Shown here: piece by piece, positions 27,005 to 39,855 of the stretch
Layout of the letters: the number at the start of each line of letters is the position of its first letter
How positions within the stretch are numbered: position 1 is the first letter of the stretch
DNA from: Lama guanicoe
Taxonomy: Eukaryota
Length of the DNA stretch: 64,000 nucleotides
Direction: 5' to 3'
Assembly (NCBI GenBank): GCA_013239625.1
Contig: MU053487.1
Location: forward strand, 2,005,058 to 2,069,057
The notes under the pieces: model-generated
The model's database searches: none
What the model saw: the letters and a program-made list of their open reading frames with translations, nothing else
Told to the model about the DNA's origin: nothing
Made by a program: the position numbers and the translations under genes

Positions 27005-27514
27005 TGTTACTGAGTCCAAACTGGTTCCACTCACTGCACATCAGGCCGATAAATCTGGAAATGAGGTGTTGGGGCAAGGAATTATGACTTTATTTGGAAA
27101 GCCAGTAGACCAAGAAAGTAGGGGACTCATTTCCTGGAGAACCATCTTACCCAAGTCAGAATTCAGGCTTGTTTTATACTGAGAAGGGGAGGAGGGTATG
27201 GTTGGTTGGTGCAGACTTCTTGGTGTCAGAATCCTTTGTCCTTGCAGCTGTTCACGTAGGTCATGATGTTCATCTAAACTTCCAACAAGACAAACCTTAT
27301 TCTCTGTTCGGCAACTACTTATCTCTATATGGAAAAGAGACCCTTAAAGATCAGAGCCTTGAGAGTGGGTTATCCTGTATATTTCAGGCTATTGGCAACA
27401 TTCTTTTACAAAACGTGCAGAACCAACATGACTAAGCACAGGAGATAGAACACAGGGTTAAAGCCAAAGGAACAGATCTAATATGGAGTCAGATTTGTTC
27501 TTCCCTATTAACCA
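27005..27514 (-). mobile_element. ERV1 5' LTR (MER41-like)
   Basis: About 510 bp with TG...CA-type ends. The minus-strand start ...atagggaagaacaaatctgactccatattagatctgtt resembles MER41-type LTRs. Followed immediately by a PBS, and a related LTR exists at 47155-47571. Confidence 0.8.
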
Positions 27515-27856
27515 TGAGAACACAGCATCGGTTTGGAAATCTAAATTAGACTAAAGGAGTCAGGGAAGATTTCAGGAGTAATAAGTGTTTGGGGATGTGT
27601 TTTGAAGAAGAAAAGAAGTTAGCTAAATAACAAAAAATGAAATAGAAAGGGAATTTATGTGAAAGAAACACATGACTAAAGGCTTGATTTGTTTTGGCAA
27701 CCACAGGTAATTCCACAGTTTCCTAGGGAAGGTAGCTATGATTTATCAGACGAAGGATTTCTGTTACTAGGATGGGAGTGGAGTGAGAAGGAAGGATATA
27801 CTAGCTTGTTTAACATTTCTCTCGAGGGGACAACACTTAAACTTATGCTATTGGAG

Positions 27857-28237
27857 TTTATATCTGCAAATCCCAGACTCGGAATTTATCCCTCCCCCAC
27901 TGCTTCCCCCCCCCCCGTAACAATAAGTTTTCTATGTCTATGAATCTGTTTGTTTTGTAAATTAAGTTCATTTGTGCCATATTCCTTAGATTCCGCATGT
28001 AAGTGATATCATATGATATCTGTCTTTCTCTGTGACTTAATTCTTAGTATGATAATCTCTAGTCCACCCATGTTGCCACAAATGGCATTATTTCATTCTT
28101 TTTAATGGCTGAGTAATATCCCAATGTTTACATATATCACATCTTCTTTATCCAATCCTCTGTCTTAAACATTTAGGTTGGTTCCATGTCTCAGCTATTG
28201 TGAATAGTGCTATTAAAAAAAACCCAAAGGGGAAAAA
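27857..28237 (+). mobile_element. L1 with inverted body and sense A-rich tail
   Basis: 18-bp TSD aaacttatgctattggag at 27839-27856 and 28238-28255. The body is antisense, but the A-tail is at the right end. Confidence 0.85.
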
Positions 28238-28519
28238 AAACTTATGCTATTGGAGAATGACTAGTGTTAATAAAAGCTAAGCACTTACTAAAATGGAAGA
28301 TGACATCTTATAGCTGCTCTTCAATTCTTAAAATCCAAAGATAAAGAGTGCCTTATTGTAAGCCCCAATATGCTTGCCCACTAAGACTGGAATTACCCAT
28401 GGACCCTGGGGGGCTTTCCTTTACTTCCTTAGAAAACCTCCCTGTGGCCCCACACTAGTTCAGGCTGCATTTGTACACACTCATTATCCTGTGCTTTTCC
28501 TCATTACAGTTCATGGAAA

Positions 28520-28520
<1 letters not shown>

Positions 28521-28548
<28 letters not shown>
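28521..28548. repeat. (TG)14 microsatellite upstream of STAC promoter
   Basis: Direct inspection. Confidence 0.9.
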
Positions 28549-28553
<5 letters not shown>

Positions 28554-28579
28554 TTGAGGCTCCACAGTCCAAAAAAGCA

Positions 28580-28760
28580 TGGATTTTGAAGCCAAAATGA
28601 GTTCAAATCCAAGTTCCATCATTTACAGTTTAGTGACTTAGAGCAAATTACTTAGCCTCCCTAAAACCCCAGTTTTCCCATCTATGAAATGGGAGAGATA
28701 CTACCCAGCCCAATCGGTTGGCCCTAAGGATTAAATAAAGTAAAAAACGTGAAGGGCTTA
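28580..28760 (+). mobile_element. MIR SINE
   Basis: Core gagttcaaatcc...gtgacttagagcaaattacttagcctc...cagttttcccatctatgaaatggga. Confidence 0.7.
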
Positions 28761-28839
28761 ACCCCGAAATGCACAACAAAACTAGGGCACATCCCCTCTG
28801 CAGTATCTCTTTGCCTTATTCCAAAACTGAACAGAGGAA

Positions 28840-29900
28840 AGAGGAGCGCGCTCAAGCCGGGGAACCCCATCTCGGCTTCCTCCGTCACTGAGCCCTATAA
28901 ATAACTTAGCTAAGTCACCAGCTCCCTTTGAGTCGCTGTTTCTCAGAGTGTAGAAGAAGGGAGTTCCTGCAGGTGGTCCCTCCTGGCTGGATGAGTCATT
29001 CGGGGTTTGGTCTGAATTTTCCCTCCGCTTCCTAAAGCATCCCCTGTCTCCACCCTACTGTGCGCGTCCTGCCTCCCCGCAGGGCCTCCTGAGGACGCGG
29101 CCCCCTCCTGCCCAGCCGCTCCCTCGGGGGCTGCGAAGCCCCGCCCCGGAGCTGCCTCCCCCACCCCCTTCTCCGGCGGGTGGACCATCCCGAGCCCGCG
29201 AGCCCGCTGCCGAGTGGCTGCCACAACTGCGCGGCCGCAGGAGAGGTGGCCGCGGGCTTGGCAGCGCGGGGCGGGCGCGCCCTCCCCTGGCCCGCGGAGG
29301 TTGCGGGGGGAGGTGGGCAGGGCCCGGGTCGGGGCGAAGCCGGAGGAGGGCGCCTCGGCGCCTGGGCGAGGATGGGAGTCCCCGGCATCCGGAGCTGAGC
29401 CAGCCGGCGCGGCGGGGAAGGCGCGCCGAGGAAGGCGAGCCGAGGAAGGCGAGCCTCGCTGTTCCTCCGGGAGCCTAACACCGTTCCCGCGCCGCCACGA
29501 TGATCCCTCCGAGCGGTGCCCGTGAGGATGGCGTGGACGGGCTGCCCAAGGAGGCGGCGAGCGCCGAGCAGCCGCCCTCTCCTGCATCCACCAGCAGCCA
29601 GGAATCCAAGGTACCGCGCACACTTGCCCCAAGAAAACACAAACTCAGTCTCCTCTCCTCTCTGTCCACCTTTGTTTCCTCCGAACTGACGCTGGCACCG
29701 GAGGCTGAGACTTGTCCCTAGTTCCACCAGGTCTTAAGGACTGTATCTGCCTTGAGACTTGGTCCGGCTCCTGATGCTGGACCACATCCCTTGCTGCCCA
29801 CACAGCCGCAGGGCTTTGCGTTGGGCTTCTCCGAGCGAGCACCCGCAGTTCACGTCGCCTCGGGTTCAGGTCGCTTTCTTGGGTGGTGATGGCGTGATTG
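28840..29900 (+). promoter_or_regulatory. STAC: CpG island / STAC promoter and 5'UTR
   Basis: Sharp rise in GC and CpG content around exon 1. GC boxes (ccccgcccc near 29139, gggcgg), ATGAGTCAT AP-1 site at 28991-28999, CTATAAATAA (TATA/MEF2-like) at 28895-28904. Confidence 0.88.
29500..29610 (+). CDS. STAC: STAC (SH3 and cysteine-rich domain protein, STAC1) coding exon 1
   Basis: ATG in gccgccacgATG Kozak context. It encodes MIPPSGAREDGVDGLPKEAASAEQPPSPASTSSQESK, matching the recalled human N-terminus MIPPSSPREDGVDGLPKEA...SQESK. 111 nt, phase-0 donor AAG|gtaccg, inside a CpG island. Confidence 0.96.
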
Positions 29901-31824
29901 TTCTGTGGTTTGAACCTGTGTGTGTCCAAAGCGCAAGTAGATACTAGGCAGCTTCTGAAAGCTGAGGGACGAACAGCCAGGGATACTTCTCAAGAAAACC
30001 TGGGGCCCTTGTGGACCAGCAAAGTGTTGTCTGTATCCCAAGGGCCTGAGATCCTTTGCTTAATAGCTCATCCCTAACTTCAGATAGCACTCATTACAGG
30101 GAAGAAAAAAAAAAAAAAAGACTAGGCAAAGGGCAAGACTGCGTTTGCTGGAAAGTTGATGTTCTTCTTGTGGAAGTTAATATTCGAACTTACACTTGCA
30201 TTTATGAGAGTTAAAGTAACATACACAAAACCAAGCCCGCAGCACTTCTGTCAGTTATGCTTCCTCTGAAACTCTCCTGGGTGCCAGGCACATGTTTGGA
30301 AATCTTGGAAAAGAATCAAGTAAAATGCAGCTGCTAGCAGTGCAGTGCCAAATGGCATGTGAGCTGGGAGTGAAAACCCTAAGATGGAGTTTGTAGTTAT
30401 ATGGATTTTTTTTTTTTAAGTGCAGGACTCCTGGCTCTTTATCCAGATTTCCTTTTGAGTTCCTTGGGCGTCTTTGGAATGTGGGGCAGTCCTTAAGTAG
30501 GAATGGAGGAAAGGACAATGTCAGTTAGGAGGGCAGGTCAGAGGTGGTACAGACAGCTGCCATCCTTGTCTCCCTTCTCACACGTCCCTGGGAGCCGTTG
30601 ACACACCAGCAGGTTCCAAATCATACCTTAGTTGCTCTCAGTTTAAGTGACGCTGCTCTCTGTGCGTACCCCAGCTTCCGGGAGTTAACCATCAAGGGAT
30701 GGTAACCCAAGAGAGAGCTTTGCATTATGTTTATTTTATTTTATTTTTCTGATAAATGTCTTTCTTAAAATTCAGCTGGAAATGGGGCAAAAGCCCCAGC
30801 TTCCAGGATCATCATGAGGAGTAGTGAGATGAGCTAACATCCATCCCGGTACAGACTAAGGACGCAAATGTTGTTTTTTACCTTTATCCTTCTTGATGTA
30901 ATGAGATGCAATCTGTCTTGCACGATGATTCACTCCAAAGCAGTCTCACAACCCACACATGTGTACCACTGCCCTTCCGACCAGAAGTTTCTGGGTGTCT
31001 CATCATTGTCCATCACTGACATTCAATCACCTAAGCGATAGGAGATAGTGGCCATTTCAAAGGGGATCTGGAATACTGTCAATGAATGCAGCTAAACTCC
31101 AGAGTGAAACTAGCATTCGAGTTTTTGCACTGGGCCTCTTGCTCTGTAGTAGGTCTGTTCTCAGGGCTTAGCATGTGGGTAGACAGCAACATGGTGCAAA
31201 CACACTGTATGGGCTCACTATTTATAGATCTCAATGTAAATTCTTTGGCAGAGCAAGAGCTACATATGTAATACTGTAATACCCTTCATTATCCACCAAT
31301 TTATCTGGCTTATGGTGTCAGATTTGTACACGTCAGTTTTTCTCCAAGTGTATTTATTCCTTCCTAAATCTGCTGTCATGGCTTAGGTGTTCTCCATCAG
31401 TGGAGATGGGCTATGGGGGATGGGGGCAAGAACCCCAAGAAATTGAAAGCAAAATTGTGTGCCTGAATATGAAACAAATTTTTGGCTTAGCGTTTGTGAT
31501 ACTGTCCAAGGGCCCGTGCTTCTCAAAAAAGGCTAAACTGCTGGTGTGGAGGATGTGTGGTGAGGGAGCAGGGTGGCATGAAAGAGGCAGAGGAAAGTTC
31601 TGTTCATTCTCCACCGGGAATGCCACATTGGAAGGCTCACTGGCGTTTACAAGGGTCTCCCGCCTTGAAGATGGCTGGCAAGGAAAATGGGGACAAGGCA
31701 CTGGGAGTCAGCCCACCTCCCTCTCCTCTGAAGTGGTGTGTTTGTCAGCATACTGTGTGGGACAGGCATGGTTCTGGCCCCTCGGGGCATTAAGCTACTT
31801 TCTCACCAAAGACTTTTAAAATTA

Positions 31825-32142
31825 GTTTTTTTCTTTTCCTGTTATTAAATCATGATTGATTCATGTTAGTTTCAGGTGTACAACCTAGTGACTCGACCTT
31901 TTTATAGATTATTCATCATACAGAGTTATGACAACATTACTGACTATGTTCCCCGTGCTGTACGTTACATCTTGTGACTTACCTGTTTCGTACCTGGATG
32001 TCTGTACCTCTTAGCCCCCGTCACCTCTTTCACCCCTTCCCCCCGCCTCCCTCCCCTCTGGCAACCACTGGTTTGTTCTCTGTATCTGGGAGTCCCTTTC
32101 CGTTTTGTTGTATTTGTTCATTTGTTTTGGTGGTTAGATTTC
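31825..32142 (-). mobile_element. L1 3'UTR fragment
   Basis: ttagtttcaggtgtacaac...cctctggcaaccactggtttgttctctgtatct. Confidence 0.8.
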
Positions 32143-34689
32143 ACTCCAAGTTTTCAAAATATTTTTTTCTCTGATTGTAAGAGTAACAAATACTCTCTGT
32201 AGAAATTTGAGAAGTCCAGAAAAAAAATAAAGAAAAGAAAAGAAAATCACCCATCGGTCACAATCGAGAGGCAACTACCGATAATAGTTTGATCACGTCT
32301 TTGTCTTTGTCTGTTTACGTCATTGAGAGAACAGCGGTGAGCGTCTGCTGAGGGCTTGCTCTGTGTCGGGCACAACCTGACCCTTCACAATAATCCTTTG
32401 AGGGAAGTTGTGCTATTATTTCCCTTTTATGGGTGGGAAAGGGGAAGCTCAGATAGGTCACCCGTGACTGCAGAGTTAGTTCAGTGACGTAGCAAGGACA
32501 GGGACCTGGGTGGCATAGCTCCGGAGGACAAGTTCTCAGCCCCCGTGGACCCGTCTCTCATGCCCGTGTTCCATTCTACATCCTTCTGTTGCATCTGTTA
32601 TCCTGACCGAGTATTTTCTACACCACGAAAACGCATTTGCAGCTGTATTTTGTTCCTCTCATCTTAAGAAATCTTTGACGATGGATTGAGCCACACTATC
32701 ATGTGAAATGATTAAAGCCCAGTTCTTGTCCATCTTCTTTGCATTTGGTCCTCCTATTCTTTCCCCGAAAGTGTATTTATGAAAGTGATTAAGTGGAATA
32801 TCACAGAACCATCAGAAAATCGGCTCGCAACAAACCCTCTAGTCTACAGGATCCATTAGAAGAATGATCATGATTCAATGCCCTGAGCACATAAAATGAA
32901 AGTCAGTTTTCTATGCGGATTCTTTGGAATGCCAAATCATAGAATATTAGAATTGGAAACACTAGAGATGATCTGTTCTGGGTTTTTTTTTAATTATGGA
33001 TAATTTTTATTGTGTAGAACTTACTTTATTATGGAAAACTTCAACACACACAAAAGGAGAGAGAGCAGTATAAAGCATCATCATGTGCCTAATCCCCTGG
33101 CTGCACCAGTTATCAACTCACGGACAATCTCGTTGCATCTGTTACCCCCACCACGGCCACCACCCCTCCCGGTACACACTGGATCATTTAGAAGCAAATT
33201 CCAGACATCTGAGCATTTCATTCACAAATATTTCAGGTTGAATCTCTAAAAGATAAGGGCTCTTTTTCTAGACATGACTACATGCCCATTATTACTACTC
33301 CATGTGTTTCAAGTCAAGGGTCGGGATGTTCTCTGGAGGTCCGCAGATACATGTGAACAGCCAGAACTTTCAAAATTGCCCACGTACACGCACGTGCGCA
33401 CCGTCTGGGGAAAGGACCCATAGCTTATACCAGATCGATGAAGTGTTCAGAGTATTCGAAGGTTATTTAAATACCTCCCCCTTTTTTCTTTGTTGAGTAA
33501 ATCGAGGCCCTGAGAGAGGCAGTGACTTGCCTAAGATCACACAGATAGTTGCTGCCAGGCCCCTGTGTAAGAACTGTGTCTTGGACCTTGGGTACCCCCA
33601 CACAATTTCCGCAGGGTAAATTCTGGCAAGCACAAGTTGTAATGTAGTTTATGTGGTTTTGTTTTTCATAAAACTAGGTGAGTTGAAAGACTTTGAAAGC
33701 CATTAACGAACCTTACCCCTCTGTCTTTCCACACATTCTCCCAGGAAGGCCACAACCTAGTGCGTTTTCTAAGTGTTTGACAGAGACCATTCAGTACTAA
33801 GAAAAATGTCATGTTTCAGCATCTCTTATTGCAATGAATGTCTGTTCTCCTGTTGACTGCATGGAAGTCTTACTAGGGTCTCATGTGGCCTGCAGGCTTG
33901 GTGCACAGGTGCCGCCTGCCATCACTTGTATGACACAACGTCACATTTTGATGATATGAAGGGTCTGAGGTCAAATAAACAAGAGTTCACATCTCTTCCC
34001 ATCAGTTGCCCCCACTGTGTCTGTGGGCAAGCTGCCTAACCTCTCAGAGCCTAGGCTTCCCAGTCTCTAGCAGGGGGATGCTAACTCCCGACTGGCATGG
34101 CTTTTTTCTAAGGCCTGAGAATATATGAAACACCCAAAATGTTGACAGCATTTGTGAGCATGAAGCGTTGTTTACTTTCTCATCCTGCTTCAGATTAGTT
34201 GACTGTGTCACTGGCCGATTGCAAATGTCATCATTGGGAGAACTTCAGTAATCAAAGCTGACGTTCCAGTAATATAACTGAGTTTTCCTCCCTGTGGACC
34301 TTCAGTTATGCTGTTGACTGCAGTGAGATTTCCTCTTAGCTATTTTGCACGCCCAAGAAGATAGGCCATAGACTCACCAGCATGTGACTGATCTTGGAAG
34401 CGTGATACAGCCCTGGAGCTATGGACTAGGTGTCCCCCCAGTTCCTTGATGGTTCTCTCTGAACCTGGACCACCTTCTGAGCTAACAAGAAGTCCCTAAC
34501 CATGAGGATGTGCCCCGCATCTCCCCGAAATATCAAAATGTGCTTCCTGATACATAAACATTTGAATATATTTTTGAATAATTTTATGGGAAGTAGAATT
34601 GCTCAGTCTGGAAGTAAACCCTTCGAAGGTCTTTTATTCTCATTGACACAGTACTCTCTAGAAAGATCCTCTCATAGCCTTTTCTCTTG

Positions 34690-37600
34690 TAAACTTTTTA
34701 TTGAGGTATGACATCATTCCAAAAAGTGCCCATATTGTAAGATGACAGCTTAATGAAATTTCAGAAAATAAATTCTTGATCTGTAGGTAACCAATGCAAA
34801 AATCAAGAAATAGAATGTTATCAGCACCCCCAGAATCTTCCTCATACCCTTTTCTGTCACTACCTTCCCAAAGGTGATTAATATTCTGACTTCTAACAAC
34901 ATAAATTCATCTTCCTTATTTTTGAACTTTATATAAATGGAATTATACAATGCATATTCTTTTATGCCCTGGCTTCTTTCACTTTGAATTACGTTGTGAG
35001 ACTCATCTCTGCCGTTACATGCAGCAGTAGCTTTCATTTTCATTGCTGCGTAGCATACCGCTGTATGAGTAGACCACTGTCTGTGCACTCTGCTCATGAC
35101 GGACGTTTGGATTGTTTCTTGCTTTTGGTTGCTGCTTTGACCATTCTTATACGTACCCCTCATGGCCCTTCTGTTGGGTGTATACAAAGGAGCAACACTG
35201 CTAGGTTGTACGGTGTACGTATGTACGTTCAGCGTGGGTAGATACTGTCAACTTTCCAAAGTAGCTTTGTCAATTTATTCTCTCCCCAACAGTGTATAAG
35301 AGTTCCATCTGATCCTCATCCCGCCACCATTTGGTATTGTCTGTATTTCTCGTCTCAGCTTTCCTCGTAGGTGATTAGTAGTACTGCACTGCAGCTTTAA
35401 CTTGTATGTTTCCAGCGACTAATGTGTTTAGCAGTTATGCTTTGGGGCCTTTGAATGTCCTCTCATGAAGTAATTATTCAGATCTTTTGCCTATTTTCCT
35501 ATTACGTTATCTGTCATTTTCTTTTTAATTTGTAGGAATTCTGTATATATTCTAGATCTATGACTACTTTAAAAGATAATTGTATTGCAAGTATCTTCTC
35601 CTATGCTGTGCCTTGCCTCTTCTTAGCAGAAGTTCTTGTTGAATGCAGTCAGTTTATTAATTTTCTCATTTGTGGCGGTCAGTGCTTTTATGCTCTCCTT
35701 ATGCAGTCTTTGCCTACCCCACACGCGTGCAGGGACTCTCCTGTATTATTTCTTAGAAATGCTATTGCTTTGCCTTTTACACATAGGTCTATAATCCACT
35801 TGAAATTGCTTTTTTGGTACGGTGTGAGGTAGGGGTCAAGATTGATTATGGTGCTGCGCTGCCACCTTTGCCTTAAATCAGACGGCTGGATTTGCCATTT
35901 ACATGGAGGTTGCTATTCTGCCCCATTGGTCTACTTGGCTAGTCCTGTACCAGTACCTCACTGCCTTAAATGTAATGGCTTTATTAAAAAGTTTCAATAT
36001 CTGGCAGTAAGCCTTCTAGCTTTGCTCTGCTTTTTCAAAATTGTTTTGGTCATTTGGGGCCCTTGACATTTCCGTATGCATTTTTGAATCAGCTAATCAG
36101 TTTCCACAAAAACACTCGCTAGGATTTTGATTGGAGTTGCATTGAATCTACAAATCCGTGTTGAGTGAATGGGCATCCTTATAGTGTAAGTTCTTCCAAT
36201 AATATATCCCATTGCAAAGACTCTGCTTCTACCAAGTGCCCCAGAGCATCATTACCTGAGAACCAAACTTTGTGTTACTTTTTTCCAGTTTGCATTTCTC
36301 AGACCAAGTTATGTTGTATAAATTTAAACCCCAAATCTATGTGAAGGCAGAGCTGTGGTTTTGAATTCCCAGGGAAGTATTTGTTTGTTTATTGTCCACC
36401 TTATGTCTGTACTAAGGTTTCTTTCTCATCAACCTGAGTTGGTGAGAAATTTGTTTCTGTTCCATTTTTCCTTTTCAGACTTCTACTCCATGTACGCATT
36501 AGAATTCAGTCTCCCTAGAGTTTTTTTTTTTTAATTTATGGTAAAATATACATAACACAAACTTTACCATCTGACCAGCTTTTAAATGGTTACATTTTAA
36601 ATGTAATTTTTTGTGGCATTAAATACATGCATATTGTTGTGCAGCCATCACCATCTTAGGAACTTTTTCATCTTCCCAAAATGAAGCTCTGTACCCATTG
36701 AACAGTTACCCCTCATCTCCTTCTCCCTCCAGCTCCTGGCGACCACTGTTCTACTTTTGATTCTATGAATTTGACTACTCTGGGTACCTCATATATAAGG
36801 AATCATATAATATTTGGCCCTTTGTAACTGGCTTATTTCACTTAACATAAATCTTAGGTCCATTCTTGTTTGGTATATGTCTGAATTTCTTTCTTTTTAA
36901 AGGCTGAATAAGATTCCATTGTATGTATATACATTTTCTTTATCCACTCATCCATTGATGGACATGTGCCCATTGTGAGTAATGCTGCTATGAACTTCAG
37001 TGTATCTAAGTCCCTGCTTTCATTTCTTTTAAGCATATAGCCAGAAGTGAGACTGCTGGATTATATGGTAATTTTATCTTTAATTTTTTGAGGAATCACC
37101 ATACTGTTTGCCACAATGGCTGCACCATTTTAGACTCCCATCAGCAATGAACAGGGTTCCAATCTCCTTACATCCTCACCAACATTTGTAATTTTCTGGG
37201 TTGGGCTTTTTTTTTTTTTATCCTCATAGATGTGACATACCTCTTTGTGGTTTTTATCTGCATTTCCCAGATGATTAGTGATGCTGAGCATCATTTCATG
37301 GGCTTATTTGTCATTTGTATATCCTCTTTAGAGAAATGTCCATTCAAGGCCTATGCCCATTTTTTAATTCAGTTGTTAACTTTTTTGTTAGCTATTTTTC
37401 TTATTTGTAGTATCATAGTCTTTTAATCAGCAAATTTGAAGGGCATAGAGATACTGAAATTTTTTATTGTCTTAATTACATCTATTCACTAGAAAGGGTT
37501 ATTTCTATTTTTTAATTTTTTTCTTATTTCTTTTATAAATTATATATTCATGTCTTTATTTTAATGGAGGATTTATTTCCTGTTTATTTTTAAAAATTCC

Positions 37601-39855
37601 TTATACATATTAAAACCATGATCTTTCACATATGTTGCTAACCTTTTCCCAGATTGAAATTTGTTTTTCAGTTTTATTACATTTTCAACGTAGAAGATTT
37701 TTGTATGTTGTTAAATATCTCAAATTTATTTGGCTATGGCTTCTTTTTTCCTTTTATATTTAGAAAGGTCTTCCCCACTCTGGGACCAAATAAGTATTAA
37801 TCTGTATGCTTCTCCATATCCTTATTATATACTTTTTTACTTGTATGACTTCAGTCCATCTGGAGTTTATGTTGTTATGTGGTTAAGGAAGCAGTTCAAT
37901 TTTTTCCAGAAGATTAAGTATTTCTAAAATCATTTATTGAATAATTCATTTTTTCACTGATTTGAAATGCTGCATTCATTATGAAATAAATGGTAATGTG
38001 TACTAGGTTTGCGTTTAGAGTCATCTGTTATATTCTAATGGTTTTGCAGTTATTACTATACTGTGCTTTGGCATTACTATTATAATGTTGTAATTATTGT
38101 AGCTTTATAAAAGACTGATAATTGATAATACAAGTACCCTCTTGGGAATTTTATTTATTTATTTAGCTGCACTCACCTTTTAGATTTTCTGTCAAGTTTT
38201 AAATATAATATTTTAGGAGTAACTACATGAAATTTTTAAGATCATTTCAGCAAAATCTTTACAAATAATGGTATTCCTCATCCAAGAACATAGCATATAT
38301 CTTTACTTAGTGAAACATCTTTCATGTCACTTATAAACACTTAGGAATTTTTTTCAAATCCTTTTTGCCTTTTTCTGGATATTTTATACTCTGAGTTACT
38401 CTTGTGAGCCACCTCTTTGATAAATTTTCTAACTGGTGAGAGCTGACATAGAGGAAATATGTTTTATATCAATTTTATAATCTAAGATCTTTTAGATTCC
38501 ATTTCTTATTCATTAATGAAGAAGTACAGTGTTGCTTACTGGTTCAGAGCTTGAGCTCTGGAGTCAGAAACAGCTGTGTTCAGATTCCACCGTCCCACTT
38601 TGGGACGCCACTTAACAAACTTCCCTGTCTTTCACTTTCCTGAGCTTCACTGCCCTTTCTGTAAAGAAAGCATAATAATGGCCTTCTGGCAGCATTGGCA
38701 TTAGGGTTAAATTAATTAGTGTATGCTAAGTGCGTAACAGGGTTCCTGGCACATAGTAAGTTAATTTAGCTATTATTATTGGAGTTATCTTAATACCTAC
38801 AATAATAATTTTACCTCTCTAACCATAATTCTCTCTTTTTTTGGTGGGGTGGGTAAGGATGTAGGAGGGGGATAGGTAGGGACAGGATATTATTCCATCA
38901 GAAATCCCAAAAAACGGTAAATATGAGTGGAAGTCTTGGGCTAGTACCTAACTAACTTTAAATGTTGCCAAAATTTTGCTGTAAGTGTACATTGTCTGTA
39001 GGTGTGTATTGTACAGTGTTGGTGCTAAGGGGTGCTTTTAGATCTCGTGTATCTCAAGTTACTCTGCAAGCCACTGCAAATGCACACATTCAGCCTGAGA
39101 AACATAAGGTGGTGGTTTGCAGATTTAACTTCAAGAGAAATCCATTTCCAAGCAAATCGTTTCTTAAGACTGCATTTCCACACAAATTCCAGATTTCCCA
39201 CTCATGTTTGCAATTAAACTGAGACAGTCTTTCTTATGTTAAATTTGGGTAATGCTCTTAGCTTACTAAGAATTTCCATCAGGAATGGATGTGGGATTGT
39301 TACAGATGGCTGTTTGGCAAATATTAAGGTAACCATGTGATTTTTTTTTTTTTGGTCCTTTGGCCTCTTTATGTGATGGATTATATTAATAGATAGCCTA
39401 AATTAAACTCTTCTTACATTCCTGGAAAAGGTCCCACTTTGGACATGGATTTTCTTTTAATAAACTGCTAAGGTTTGATTGCCAATATTTTATCATATTT
39501 TTCACATCTGTATACCTAAGGGAGATTGTTCTGTAACTGTCACTTTGTGCTCTTAGATTTTATTTTTAGGAATATGCCAAGTTTTCAAAAATTATTTGGG
39601 AAGATACTCATGGTTGGTTTTATTTGTTGCTTTTTTTGTTTATTTTTTCTCTGAAACAGTTTGGAAAACCCAGATCTCCATTTTGAATGTTTGAAAAAAA
39701 CCTGACAATAATATCTAAACCTAGCACCTCTTTTAAAATAAATTTTGAAAACATTTTTACATTTTTCTGTTCTATTTTTTCTGAATTGACATGAGACAGG
39801 TTTGTTAAATGGCATTTTGCCAGCAAATTATTCATTTCATTTAAATTTCGTAACA
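34690..39855 (-). mobile_element. Cluster of old fragmented L1M elements, with a nested L1 (~36520-37400) and a MIR (~38520-38780)
   Basis: AT-rich antisense L1 3'UTR and ORF2 motifs throughout, e.g. [29 protein letters not shown] (antisense reading of ORF2). Confidence 0.7.

Noticed and set aside
28943..29727. 229-aa and 231-aa antisense ORFs over STAC exon 1
   Set aside because: Low-complexity R/P/A/G products expected from stop-poor CpG-island DNA, with no recognisable domain.
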